A stretch of DNA of 64,000 nucleotides from Hormiphora californensis (GCA_020137815.1 CM035358.1:3596001-3660000), one strand, 5' to 3'. Numbered from the stretch's first letter, positions 1-46,110 are shown. Made by a program: numbers and translations. The notes: generated by a model not told the origin, from the sequence alone.

Positions 1-33901
<33,901 letters not shown>

Positions 33902-34114
33902 CTGGGAGTGTCCTGGGGAATAAACCGCTCCACAACAGAGACAGTGCCTAGAGAGAGAGAGAGATGAAGATGCTTCACTCGGAATGAGAGAGAGAGAGAG
34001 ACTGTTCAGTAAGGAAAGACTATCTGTTTTTAAAGGTGTATTTGTGTCTGTCTACTTGTGTCTTGTGCTTATCCGGCCACTTCCCCACCCTCTTACTGAG
34101 ATATTCTGAGAGAA

Positions 34115-34165
<51 letters not shown>

Positions 34166-34875
34166 GAGAGAACGAGAGAGAACGAGAGGGAAGAGCAGGT
34201 CGGGTTAAAACACATGATCTCAAGAGAGATAGCTGCTACCCCCGCTATTATTGTGACAGTGTCTGTATTTGTTGAACAAACTCGTGCAAGAGTGACGAGA
34301 TTATGCACGTGAACCGTGTTACAGAAGAAAATCCTCCTCCTCCTTCAAGTTTCTTCCAGAATTTAGAAGACAACTCCTCCCATTTTATTTCGTTTCTGTT
34401 ATTAACCCAACAATCAACATCTGGTTATGGTTACGAAAAAAAAGAGGGAGAAAGAGTGAGAGTGGAAGATAAAGTTTAAATTGCGCCAGTTTATTTCAAG
34501 AAATTATTTAAGATTTTTACCCCCCTTTAACTTATTAAAAATGAGTTATGACCCCCCGATATATTATAGGTCTCTGTTGAGATTATCATTGTGCGTTCGC
34601 TTAAAAGTATGTTATGCGAGAAAAAGAAACATGTTTAGAACTCAAAACAAATATATATCCGTTTTACAAACCTCCCCATGTTTAATGTTCCGTTTATAAA
34701 AGTTTAGATTTAATTTAAAAAAAGAAACAGATAGTTATCAGCCGCGTGTTAGAAAGTGTTAAAACAATTTTGGTGTTTTTGTTCCTATATATTTTTGATG
34801 TTGTTACCAAGTTGGATGGATATGTAAATCCCTCACACAGTGAAATTGAATGTGATGAGTATTTACCCCCATCAC

Positions 34876-35341
34876 GGGGGGGGTTCAGGATTAAGTGGTC
34901 GGACGTATATGCCTAAAAATTGCTTAAGTGGTCAAAATCCAAAAGGACCCCCCCACCCCCTAAAATTGACCACTTAATCAGTTTTTTTAGTGGTCAAACC
35001 CCAAATAGACCCCTAAACCCCCAAAATTTACCGAAAAACTAGCTTTTTTGCCCAAAAAATGGCAAAATTTAGGCTGTTTTCTGGGACCAAAACCAAAAAA
35101 TTTCCAGAAAAATTTTTCGCGCGCGAGAAAATTGAAATTTGAATTTTGAAAATTGAAAATTTTTCAGGTCCACCTCGAAGAATCCCAATTTTTACCGAAA
35201 ATTGACCAAATTTGGCCGAAAATTGACCAAATCTGGCCAAAAAATGACCATTTAGCGAAAAACACTAAGTGGCAAGTTTGAAAAAACACCCACCCCCTTA
35301 AGTGGCATATACGTCCGAACCATTTATCCTGAACCCCCCCC
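34876..35341. mobile_element. MULE/Mutator-like MITE
   Basis: TIRs GGGGGGGGTTCAGGAT..GGTCGGACGTATATGCC / GGCATATACGTCCGA..ATCCTGAACCCCCCCC; imperfect 9-bp flanking duplication ccccatcac/gcccatcat; A/T-tract interior. Confidence 0.75.
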
Positions 35342-36052
35342 GCCCATCATTTTCTTTTTTCAAAACCATTTCCCCTGATATATCCGAGAGAGAGAGTTAT
35401 TGTGTGTAATGTGTGTGTGTGTGATTGGCAGTTTGATGTCATTGCAGGACGCTTCTCTGTTTTATTACCAATTTCCAGCTATTTTCTTATTAACAGACCG
35501 AATGTTTGGGGGAACCTGGCCTCTCTCTCCTATCCAGCTACCAATTAGGAAGAGAGGTACTATCGATAGCACACAAGGGTTTGAGATGCTCGATCTACCA
35601 CCCCTTTGTCTATATATCGATAGTTCTGACCCCAAACAGATTCCGAATTATTGGACGGAGTTTCCAATGTCATCAGCTCCCGTGTGAGAGAGATAGCGAT
35701 CAGAGAGATTTGTGTCATCATATAATATCCTTTCATTGTAAATAGTTTCTTACAACCGAAATCCAATGTGTTTTGAACTTTGTATCCAAGCGCCAACTAC
35801 CCCTCTGACCTGGTCAGTGACCAATGCTCTGACAGCCTCTGACCTACTATGTCTGTCTTGTCGAATTGATAATGGCACACTTCCAAAATTAAAACGGCGT
35901 CTGAGGCACCAGACTTGTTGAGTACTAAACACCCCCGCTGCGTGGGTCCCACGCAACAACAACGCCAGACAGAAGTCAACGAGGTGACCATCGTTTTACT
36001 TTCGGTGATGCTGCATCGCCTGATGCTATGAAAGTCCTCGGCCTCACTCGAA

Positions 36053-36810
36053 GCTGTCTGGCGTCGCGACAGTGCGCTGAGATTGGGTCGGCACCGCCAA
36101 ACAGCACACGAAGTTATTGTCTGATTCCAAAGATTATGAATCACGATATGGGGTTGCTCCGTTGCTACAGTGTGCCCAGATCGGGATTCGGGTCGGCACC
36201 GCCAGACAGGCCACTAGAAGTAGACTTTCCTATTCTAGTTCCACTCGATCACACAGTACAAAATTAGATCAGAAACGCTTGTTATTAGCTTGTTATTAGC
36301 TGTCTGGCGCCGCGACCCATCTGAGCGCACTGTGTTGAGAATCAAATTGGGGTCTGGCGCCGCCAGACAGGTTATTAGAGAGTTTCAGGGCAGCAACACG
36401 AGGCTATCCTACAAAGCTGTCAGGCCAATGCTCTGACCACAGTTCTCGTGCGAGAATAGGGTCAGGTCAATGCTCTGACAGCTACTGTATGGCAGCACCA
36501 TACCCCATTTGGTTCTCAAACCAGACAGGACAGCTACATAGAGACTCAGAAGCGTTTCTGTCTGTTAATTTCAAATAAAAACTCGGCAGCTATGATTGGT
36601 GGTTAAAAAATCAGTTCACACAGTGAGCAAAATATAATAGACCGCCTATAAAAACTAACAGGGCTCTCTTTCCCTATACTGCTGCAGAAGTAGTTGGGGG
36701 CTTGTAAAGCAAGGGGTGGTGAAATTATCTTCACATGATACGCTGTCTGGAGGCGCCAGACCCCATTTTGACAGTGCGCTCAGATCGGGTCAGCGCCGCC
36801 AGACAGCACA
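36053..36810. repeat. Cluster of four short GC-rich palindromic units
   Basis: Units at about 36053-36107, 36166-36210 (partial), 36299-36371 and 36742-36808, bounded by GCTGTCTGG...CCAGACAG and sharing ACAGTGCGCTCAGATCGGGTC-like cores in both orientations. Confidence 0.75.
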
Positions 36811-37046
36811 TGCGTTGGTCTTCCCGACCCCAAGCCGTACACAGCTCTAACCCAATTAACAACAACTAACAGCCATTATAGAAAGCACCTTGAAAAAGTC
36901 TCATCTTGTGAACAGTTCAAAAAACGTCTGATAATATATTGACTACTTGGGAACCTTATTATATAAAACATGTCTTAAACTTGGTGATATATTCGCCAAT
37001 ATCTTAGTCTCACTGTCTCTGCACTTTCTCAAATTAACAGATATTG

Positions 37047-40000
37047 TTACCGGCGTGATCTCCCAGATTTTATCTTAATTTCAATCTGTTTAGAGTCTTT
37101 ATTAATAAGCTTTGGATTATAAGAACTGTTCTTCTTCCCTGCTTTCTCTGCTCCCGCGGATTCACCCTCCTTCTGGGCCTCATCGCGCTGTTTTAAAAAC
37201 TGGACAATCTTATTCAACTCAGATTTGTCAATTTTCACTTTCTTCTTCCGGTCATCTTCATCATCACTTGAACTACTGTCCGAGGAATGCTTTCGTTTCT
37301 TCTTCTTTTTCTGCTTCTTCTTCTCTTTCTTCTTCTTCTTTTTCTTATCTTCTTTGCCCTTCTTCTTCTTAGCTTCACCAGCGGCAGGTGCATCAGGTTT
37401 CACAGCAGCCTCTTCTACTTTAGGCTCCTCCTGTGGGGGGAGTTTCATGGTTAAACTGTGAATTGTGATATTACACTGTATCATATACTGTATTAAATAT
37501 ACTGTATCATATACTGTATCATATACTGTATCATACAGGGTGTTCATTTTGGATCTTTACAAGCGTTGGGCTTCACCAAAAAAAATGTTGACAAGATTAG
37601 GTGATGAAACTTCATACTTGGACTATTCTATACCCTCATTCAAGATTCCTGGGGGTTTCGGAGCTCTAGCACCCTGGGAAGTGTGTTTTAGGCATCAAAA
37701 CTACCAGAAGGAATTTTTTGCTGGTGCTGAAACTTCGCTAAAATGTTTTTTGGGTATTTTCTATGTCAATCCTAAAGTTTCATGGAGATTGGATGTGTTT
37801 TTCGGACTCAAAATTTCGTAGAAAATGGCTAGAATGACTCAATTTTTGCTGTTTTTGAGCCGTTTTCGAGCCTTTCCAGCCACTTTTTTCGACATTTTGA
37901 GTCCGAAAAACACATCCAATCTCCATGAAACTTTAGGATTGACATAGAAAATACCCAAAAAACATTTTAGCAAAGTCTCAGCACCAGCAAAAAATTCCTT
38001 CTGGTAGTTTTGATGCCTAAAACACACTTCCCAGGGTGCTAGAGCTCCGAAACCCCCAGGAACCTTGAATGAGGGTATAGAATAGTCTAAGTATGAAGTT
38101 TCATGACCTAATCTTGTCAACTTTTTTCTGGGTGAAGCCCAACGCTTGTAAAGATCCAAAATGAACACCGTGTACACTGTATCATACACTGTATCATACA
38201 GTAACGTAGTACAGTCGTACGACCTACTCTTGTAAAAGGCGATCCAATAGAGGTAAATAAGATGTGATCTGATTGACACTTACCCCGATCACAGAGAGAC
38301 TATCCTCCTCTCGCATGATGGTAACAACATCCTCATCTCCCCTTGCTTCCTCTTCAGTCAACATTTTAGCTGTTGCAACCTGGAAGAGAGATGTAATTTT
38401 GAATTTGTTTAGGAACTTAGATTTGATTTGATTTGAAAAGATATTATATAAACGTACAAATTGCACATTAAATAAATACCCGACTGACTCTTACTAATAG
38501 TTTAGCAGCCTAAGGCGCGAGTGCTTACGTCTTAAAAAACTCATTTAAAAATATTTAAAAAAAGTAGCTATAAGGCTAAAACACACTCTTATACTAGTTG
38601 TAAGCTAAATTTATTTCACTCATTAATAATAACAATTATACTTAATACTTACCCTTGATTCCCAATCCCCTACCTCCCTCCCCCATGAACCATACCCCGA
38701 ATTTAACGTCATGTCGACTGTTGGGTAGATGTTAAGATCAGTTATAATTCACATCTGTGGTGCGGGCCCACCATCTTGTTTCAAACTGTTCAACACCACT
38801 CCAAACCTTCAATTTGAGTACAATGTAAGCTATGTTCGGAAGAAGGACAGTTACTGTAAAGATAAAAGAAGAGAAAGGGGCCCACACCACAGCAGCGAAT
38901 TAAGTTATGCCGTGTAAGGCTTTCCAGAGATGGTCTTTCAGTCTAGAGGAAAATAAATGGTGTTCAGCTGTATTTCTCAGTTCTTTAGGAAGTAAGTTCC
39001 ACTCAAGGTGGCAGCGATAAAAGTAACAGTTTTTGAACAGGTCTACTCTGGGTTGTTCGGTACATATAATGTCCGTACTGTCTCGTTTTGTTTGTTGTCT
39101 GGTGGCACGTCTGTCATGTAATTCCGGATTGTATTTTTGTAGGAAAGATGGGAGTTTTATAGGAGACGTCTCATAGAATATTTTATGGAACAATTTAAGA
39201 TCATTATATTGAAATTTTTGAGTCATTGGGAGTACGTCAATCTCCCTGAGTTTCTTTATATACGTATCTAAACTATAACTGGTATCTGTTTCACCGAATA
39301 TCCATTTTGTGGCACGTTTCTGGAGTCGTTCAAACTTAAGCAGACTTGACTCACTTTGTGGACGCCATATTTGGCTACAGTGTTCGAACAAAGATCTAAC
39401 TAGACTAATGTAGAGATTCTTCTTTTTAAGGGGACATTTAACTAATACGCCTACACGCTTCACCAGTCCTAATCTTTGAGAAGCTTTGGAAACAACATTT
39501 TTCTGGTGTTCGATTGGCGACAACTTGTGATTAGTTGAGACTCCTAGATCAACTTCATTTTCACATAATTTGATTTCATCTCTGCCTAGGTGATAATTTA
39601 ATTGACGTTGTTTAATAATTTTAGTACACCTAAGCAGCTTACACTTTTTAGGATGGAATATCATTTTATTATCCTTTGCCCATTCCACTAAACTATCGAT
39701 GTCGGGCTGCAAACTATCTTCTTCACTATTTATAACCCGCCAAATTTTCAGATCATCTGCATATAGCCTAATTTTAGTTAGATCATCTTCTCTTAAAACA
39801 TTAACAATATCATTTATGAATAACACAAACAAGAAAGGGCCTAGTATTGATCCTTGTGGAACTCCACTCCTAACCTCTACCCATTCTGAAAAATCCCCAT
39901 CTAACACAACCCTCTGTTGCCTACCAGATAAATAATTCATTAGGAAACGCAACATCTTACCTCCTAAATTAAACTCATTTTTCAGCTTATTTATTATTAC

Positions 40001-43000
40001 ATCATGAGATACACTATCAAATGCTTTCTGAAAGTCAAAGTAAACTATATCAGTTTGATTTCGGTTATTTATGTTCAACGCTAATTCACAATTAAACTCA
40101 ATCAGTTGTGACGTACATGATTTCAAGGGTACAAAACCATGCTGGTAGGGAGTTATTTTTTCTAGACAGGCTTTATACAGGCGTTCTCTTACTAATTTCT
40201 CAAAAACTTTCATAACAAGGCAAGTCAGGGATATAGGCCTATAATTCTCAACGCATGATCGTTCCCCTTTCTTGTAAACTGGGACAACGTTTGCAGTTTT
40301 CCATTCTGTTGGTATACATCCCTCTGAGTATGATTTATTAAATATAAGGGTGAGTGGATAAGCTAGGGATTTATGACATTTCTTAAGTACAACACCGTCA
40401 ATATTATCTGGACCTGTTGCTTTTGACGCATCCAACTTTTTTAGAATCTTTAGAATCTCATCAAATCTAAATATCTCAGAGTTAAAATCATTAGTGTGAT
40501 CTCTATCAATATCAATATCAACAGTTTCTTTGTAGGTGCTAGATTCAGTGAATTGATTACAGAAAAATTCATTGAACATTTCACATTTACGACGACTCGA
40601 AGAGCTAAATTTATTATTAAAGTATACTCTCTCAGGAATTCTAGTGCTATTCGTTTTGGACTTTACGTGTTTGAAAAATTTCTTTGATACATTAGCATTT
40701 GGTGTAAGTTCATCTATAGAGGAAAGCTCGAGAAAGGATGTTTCTTTCTCTATTGCTAGTGTTCTGTATTGATGTTCTTTGAGTTCGTATTCCTCTTTAG
40801 CAACAATACTATCTATATTTTTCAAGAAGGCTTTTCTAGAGTTATCGAACGATTTCTTAAGTTGGCGTAGTTCTTCATCATACCAAGGTGGCTGTGATCC
40901 AATTTTTACATTGACTAATGGTACATTATGACGTAGTGCAATGTCTAACCTAGACTTAAAGACTTGTAGGGACTGCTCTGCTGACAGATCCTTGAACTGT
41001 CCTAACCAATCAATTCCTAAAAGCTCTTCATTTAGAGAGTCCCAATCAGCTTTTCTATAGGAGAATTTCTTACAATTTTTATACTTAGGGCGTGATTTTT
41101 TGAAATTTATCTCACATTTTAGTGTAAGATGGTCCGACTTTACAAGACTATTCTCTTCGAGCAAAACATTAGAATAAGTAGTTTCTATGTTAGTAAGTAT
41201 TAAGTCGAGAATGTTTCCATCCCTATGCGTTGGTACATTAACTAGAGATTTTAGGCCTAGAGATAAAAATAAATTGATAAAACTCTCATGAGTACTATTA
41301 TTTGACACTGGGACGTCCCAGTTATCAACCGAACTTAGGTTTAGATCCCCTATAATAGTGAGATTCTTAAACTTCTTGGCAAGATTAGTATAGTAACGTT
41401 CCGCCTCTTTGAAGTGTTCCGATCCAGAATAATCATATCTATAAAATGTCGAGATACAAATAGGTGCTATATTTCTATGCTTTAGAAGAATAGTAACTAT
41501 TGGTAAATCGGTCTTCGTTTTAACTAACTCTGTCTCAACTCCAATATTGTTTTTACATAGTATTAAAACTCCTCCACCTCCTTTTTTACTAAAAGTTTTC
41601 ATATCCTTCTCAGTGCGGTCTTTTCTAAATATAGAGTAATATTTATCTGATATAAGTTCCCCTTCACTAATATATTTATTCAGCCAAGTTTCATTTAAAA
41701 CAACGATATCGGGCGAGTAGGTGAATAAGTATGCTTTTAGATCCCTAAGTTTAGAGGCCTGAAATTCAGGCTGATCCCCACCTATTGTGTGCATCTTTAT
41801 CAGACCGTTAACATTACAATACACTAAGTTCAACTTTTTATCAGGCCCTGGATTAATGATGTCAGGATGGCTTCTCAGTAGTAGCATTTTCGCTAACGAC
41901 GTAGATGAGGTTATTTGAGTTTGACCTTCAATCACCGCCATGTCTGAATGGTACCCTGTCCCCCATAAAAACAAGAGATATAATTAGGGGCCGCCCAGAC
42001 CCACCAAGAGGGAGTATGGTACGCTAAAGTAGACGCGACCCCGGTAAACAACCGCCGAGCCCGGATTTACTTCTTGTATGACGTCATCATCCTTTGTGAC
42101 GTCATCATGACGTGTGACGTCATTATTGGTTGTTGATTCAGTTGGTTGGAGGGGTGCTGCTGTTTCTACTTCCTCCTTTTCAGCCTTTTCTGATATCTGA
42201 AAGGGTGAAATAATCATTGTATTTGACTGGCCTGGCAATTAAACTTGTGAAGTGCGAATTGAACATTTGAATTGGTGTTGTGTTGAGTAAGGGGTGAAAC
42301 AACTATTTTAAATATCTAGCAATAGAGTCAAATTCAAATTTCAAACCAACCTCTTTCACTGGCCCTGATCCCTCCTCTCCGTTCTCTGGCTGTGGTTGTT
42401 CCTGTCGCAATGGTGAGACCCTTCCAATCGGTCGGAATTCCTTCTTCTTCTTCTCAGGAGGCTCATCATAGATTTCCATCTCCTTATCAGACGGGGTACT
42501 CTTATTCAACTCGGCCTTCTTCTGCTCAAACTCCCGCTTTGATTTCAGGCAGAAGTTCTTAACTTGGCACTCTGGTTTGGATGAGTCAGTGGGGTCTTGT
42601 GCTGGAGGTGGCGGAGAGGGTGTCACTTCTTTCTTTTTCGCTCGGAGAAGTTCCTCCTCTTCGCTAGAATTTATCGTCTCAGATATGATCTTCTTCCGTT
42701 TTTCCCGTTTTGCTCTCTCCAATTCCCGGATGTTGTTCTTGATTGTGGAGTCCCGTTTTGATGCCTCGCTCTCCTCGGGTGGTATGTCGTCTGAAGATTT
42801 TCTCTTATCTGGATCTGATCTCCCCGATCTTTTATCAGGTTCATCATGCCGCCTATCTGAGTTGTTCCTTCGTCCCGTATCTTTTCGCCTCTCAACTTCC
42901 CCTCGACGACGCTCGTAACTCTCTTTCCGTCTCTCGTAGCTCTCACGCCTCCTCTCTGAGTCATATTCATCCCTTCTGCGTTGAGTATCATCCCGCTTTC

Positions 43001-45720
43001 TATCCGAATCATCTCTTCTTCTTTCGACCTTCACCCCAAATTCCTCTCTCTTTCGGTCCCGTTCATCTCTCTTTTTATTGATTTTATCACTCCTTTCCCT
43101 TGGCTGGTGATGATTATCTTTCTTAATCTTCTCCTTAATTTCATCAATTTCATCCCTTTCATCTCTCTTTTCCTCTTTCCGTGGAGGATGTTCCTCTTTT
43201 CGACTTTTCTTCTCAGGTTCCTCCTCCAGGGAATGCTCAACTTTCTCAACTTCCACTTTACCCTCTTTCTTCTTCTTTTTCTTCTTCTTCAGTTTCTTCT
43301 GTGCAACTGGGGTTGGAGATGCCGAGGAGATGCGACTGACAACAGGGGAGACTGGTTGTACGACTTCTGAACGGACTAATCCTTTAACTGCGGGTGGGGG
43401 CTGAGGGGATTCATCTCTCACTTCTCTACTTGTTGTCCTGAAAATATAATTACTAATTAGTATCATTAAAATAGTAAGTGTAGTTAAACTACAGAATAAC
43501 CACAACCACAAACAATCAATGTTTCAGGACCTCTCCAGACGAGACAAAAGTGCAGCTGCCCTTAGAATTATTTACAAAACCTTCCGTTACCTGGTTAATC
43601 GAGGGGGTGGCGGGGAGATGTCTGGTTTGTCCCGTCTGGAGCGCTTCTCAGGCCTCCTTGTCTCACGGTGCTGCTCCGTGGAAAGGTGTCGAGGTCTTTC
43701 TGAATCTCGTGTCACCATCATATCCTTACTCACCTAAGATAGGAGGCAGGATTGTTAGAGGGCGGGGGAGGAAGGATTGTTAGAGAGCGGGGGAGGAAGG
43801 ATTGTTAGAGGGGGCGGGGGAGGAAGGATTGTTAGAGGGTGGGGGAGTGGTAATGTTTTGACAAACTAAGACCTGGAGGGGTTTCTGATAGAGGCTCCAT
43901 ACTAGCCAGCGTCCTGTCGGGTGCTACATAATACCTTGATGGTAAAGACAGTTCCAAATTCAGGTAAGGGAGGAGTGGGGGCATCATCTCGTGCTGACAT
44001 TTTAGGTGTTCTAGATCCATCATCATCATCATCATCTGTATCTACTGAGTCACCTGGAGGAAGGGAGGTGGAGTTGAAATGTCACGTGGTTGAGGAATTG
44101 AAAAAGGGAGCTATCACGTAGTTTGAAGAACCAGTGGTGGCCACCCCCCAAAACTTTTCAAAAAGGGGTTGTTGTGGGTGGTAAAATAGCTTTAAAATGT
44201 GTTCTAAATTGCTTTAAATTGATCAAAATCTAAAATTTTCCGGGGGCTTCGCCAAGGGCTAAAAATCGTTAAAATATTGTTCTAAAATGCTTAAAATTGA
44301 TCAAAAACTAAAATTTTCCGGGGGCTTCGCCCCTTACCCACATCAGGGGCTGAACATCATTAAAAAAGTTTTCTAAAAGGGCTGAAAATTGCCCCCACTA
44401 AGGGCTGAAAATCGATAAAATATTGTTCTAAATTGCTTTAATTCATCAAAATTTCCGGGGGCTGAAACTCGTTGAAAATTTTTTCTAAAAGGGCTGAAAA
44501 TTGTTTAAAAAAAATTCATCAAAAACTAGCCCCTCAAACCCTCTAGTTAGGAACACTATTGGTGCGCGGTCGTGCCCACGGAAGGAGTGCTTGGATCATC
44601 TTGAAACCGGTTTTAAGTTAACTAATGCATATATCCAAAAGTGTCTGTAGCTATTTGGGTGATGTTCTGACAATCCAATCAAGAGTTATGACGAAAAAAC
44701 AGTCAAAAAAGACGTTTTAAAGTGACAAAAAGGAGGACCTGAACACAGCCCTTATATGAAGGGTTGGGGCTATGAAACTTCTTGAGTGGACAGAGAATTG
44801 TCCAAATTTGCAGTGTCAACTTTGGAATAGTTTCTATCTTCTGTAGTTATCTAATTAGAGCCGTTCAAACATGTGAGACGATCTGCAAAACAGGGTAATT
44901 TGGTACTGTTTCCGTCCCATATTGCTTGCTCTCACCGCTTGTATGCTTTAATCCGCTCTCTAATTGGGCAAATCTCGTCAAGTGATCACTTCACAAGCAA
45001 GAATACACAGTATTAGAGGCCCCTGCAGCATCGTCTCACATGTTTAAACGGCTCTAATTAGATAACTACAAAAGATAGAAACTATTCCAAAGTTGACACT
45101 GCAAATTTGGACAATTCTCTGTCCACTCAAGAAGTTTCATAGCCCCAACCCTTCATATAAGGGCTGTGTTCAGGTCCTCCTTTTTGTCACTTTAAAACGT
45201 CTTTTTTGACTGTTTTTTCGTCATAACTCGTGATTGGATTGTCAGAACATCACCCAAATAGCTACAGACACTTTTGGATATGCATTAGTTAACTTAAAAC
45301 CGGTTTCAAGATGATCCAAGCACTCCTTCCGTGGGCACGACCGCGCACCAATAGTGGTCCTGACTACTCGGTCGCTAGGTCTGGAGTTGAAGTGTGGCCT
45401 TCGGCCACACCACCCCACCAAAAAATCCGTGCTGGGGCCACCCCTGTGAAGAATGCTAAAAAGTAAAAGAGGCTTGTTTACGACATGGGGTGATAATGGC
45501 ACCCTTTCTAAATCAATGTACCTGTTGACATAGGGGCAGGTGTACTTGGTATTATATTCCTTAACTCCTCTAATGACTCCTTTCTCTCCCGTGCAGAACT
45601 GAGGGCAGCCTCCCGGAGTAACGCTAACTCTGCCTCTTGCTGCTTCTCCAGTTTCTTGGACATTGATATTAGGGCAGCCTCCCGCAGTATGGATACCTCC
45701 CGATGCTGTGGGGGAGCCAT
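37047..45720 (-). CDS. Uncharacterised low-complexity Lys/Arg/Glu/Asp-rich protein, probably nuclear; 7 exons
   Basis: Phase-consistent exons 45720-45522, 44053-43935, 43733-43591, 43437-42351, 42196-42071, 38379-38284, 37430-37047. RD/RE and poly-K tracts; two N-terminal LREAALxS motifs. No recognisable folded domain. Confidence 0.75.
37536..38172. mobile_element. Foldback non-autonomous DNA transposon, Tc1/mariner-like (copy 2)
   Basis: TA|CAGGGTGTTCATTTTGG...CCAAAATGAACACCGTG|TA; highly similar to 24931-25567; inserted into an (ACTGTATCATAT)n minisatellite that continues on both sides. Confidence 0.9.
38425..42063 (-). mobile_element. Non-LTR retrotransposon (LINE, CR1/L2 group), intronic
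   Basis: Intact APE-RT ORF, about 470-nt 3' UTR ending in a (TCAAA)n tail near 38420-38436, and AAATC at both junctions. Confidence 0.9.
38900..41941 (-). CDS. LINE ORF2: AP endonuclease + reverse transcriptase (about 1013 aa from first ATG)
   Basis: APE motifs NVNGL, LNETWL, GDLNL, GNILDLIL, SDH; RT motifs KATGPD, NYRPISL, QHGF, DFQKAFDSV, GVPQGSILGP, YADD. The ORF-track start at 41974 is TTG; the first ATG is at 41941. Confidence 0.95.
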   Translation of the reverse strand: MAVIEGQTQITSSTSLAKMLLLRSHPDIINPGPDKKLNLVYCNVNGLIKMHTIGGDQPEFQASKLRDLKAYLFTYSPDIVVLNETWLNKYISEGELISDKYYSIFRKDRTEKDMKTFSKKGGGGVLILCKNNIGVETELVKTKTDLPIVTILLKHRNIAPICISTFYRYDYSGSEHFKEAERYYTNLAKKFKNLTIIGDLNLSSVDNWDVPVSNNSTHESFINLFLSLGLKSLVNVPTHRDGNILDLILTNIETTYSNVLLEENSLVKSDHLTLKCEINFKKSRPKYKNCKKFSYRKADWDSLNEELLGIDWLGQFKDLSAEQSLQVFKSRLDIALRHNVPLVNVKIGSQPPWYDEELRQLKKSFDNSRKAFLKNIDSIVAKEEYELKEHQYRTLAIEKETSFLELSSIDELTPNANVSKKFFKHVKSKTNSTRIPERVYFNNKFSSSSRRKCEMFNEFFCNQFTESSTYKETVDIDIDRDHTNDFNSEIFRFDEILKILKKLDASKATGPDNIDGVVLKKCHKSLAYPLTLIFNKSYSEGCIPTEWKTANVVPVYKKGERSCVENYRPISLTCLVMKVFEKLVRERLYKACLEKITPYQHGFVPLKSCTSQLIEFNCELALNINNRNQTDIVYFDFQKAFDSVSHDVIINKLKNEFNLGGKMLRFLMNYLSGRQQRVVLDGDFSEWVEVRSGVPQGSILGPFLFVLFINDIVNVLREDDLTKIRLYADDLKIWRVINSEEDSLQPDIDSLVEWAKDNKMIFHPKKCKLLRCTKIIKQRQLNYHLGRDEIKLCENEVDLGVSTNHKLSPIEHQKNVVSKASQRLGLVKRVGVLVKCPLKKKNLYISLVRSLFEHCSQIWRPQSESSLLKFERLQKRATKWIFGETDTSYSLDTYIKKLREIDVLPMTQKFQYNDLKLFHKIFYETSPIKLPSFLQKYNPELHDRRATRQQTKRDSTDIICTEQPRVDLFKNCYFYRCHLEWNLLPKELRNTAEHHLFSSRLKDHLWKALHGIT
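44132..45446. mobile_element. hAT-like non-autonomous element (host of a nested insertion)
   Basis: Termini CAGTGGTGGCC...GGCCACCCCTG; 8-bp flanking duplication tgaagaac/tgaagaat; internal ggggcttcgcc / gggctgaaaat repeats. Confidence 0.75.
44544..45366. mobile_element. Foldback non-autonomous element, Academ-like termini
   Basis: Inverted arms of about 335 bp around a spacer of about 150 bp; termini TAGT...ACTA; 3-bp duplication CTC. Superfamily call is inferred from termini only. Confidence 0.8.
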
Positions 45721-45889
45721 GTTATAGGGGTTTTTTAGTTGGATTACGAGCTAGAGCAGGTAGTGCTGCAGTGGTTGTCCATCGAGGTAATACTCATAAC
45801 AGAGGGGCTGGGGACTGGGGTCACCAATGAACGGGGTATTCACTACTCAGTACGGAAATTCAGGGAGTGCATGTCATATGTGTAGCAGT

Positions 45890-46110
45890 AGTTTCGAGTT
45901 TCGTTGTGTGTGTATGTTTGCCAAAAAACAACCAAAATTCAAGGCTCCGAGTTTGGAGAGACGGTGCGTGTGGCTGTGGGGGCGTGCGTGGTGCGCCAAA
46001 ATAGTGTGCTTTTCATTGGTGGGGCGCGCACTAAACTAGAAAATGTGACGGAGGGAGCGGAGAGGGGATGGGTTGAGAACGATCTATCACACACTCTCGC
46101 AACATCTCTC
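45890..46110 (-). promoter_or_regulatory. Putative CpG-rich promoter of the 37047-45720 gene
   Basis: Local GC/CpG enrichment (GGGGCG, GCGCGC, GCGCCAAA, ATTGG) 200-350 bp upstream of the ATG. Confidence 0.4.

Noticed and set aside
43873-43934. Apparent 21-nt GT-AG micro-intron and extra coding segment
   Set aside because: Leads to an in-frame TAG; direct splicing of 43935 to 43733 keeps the frame.
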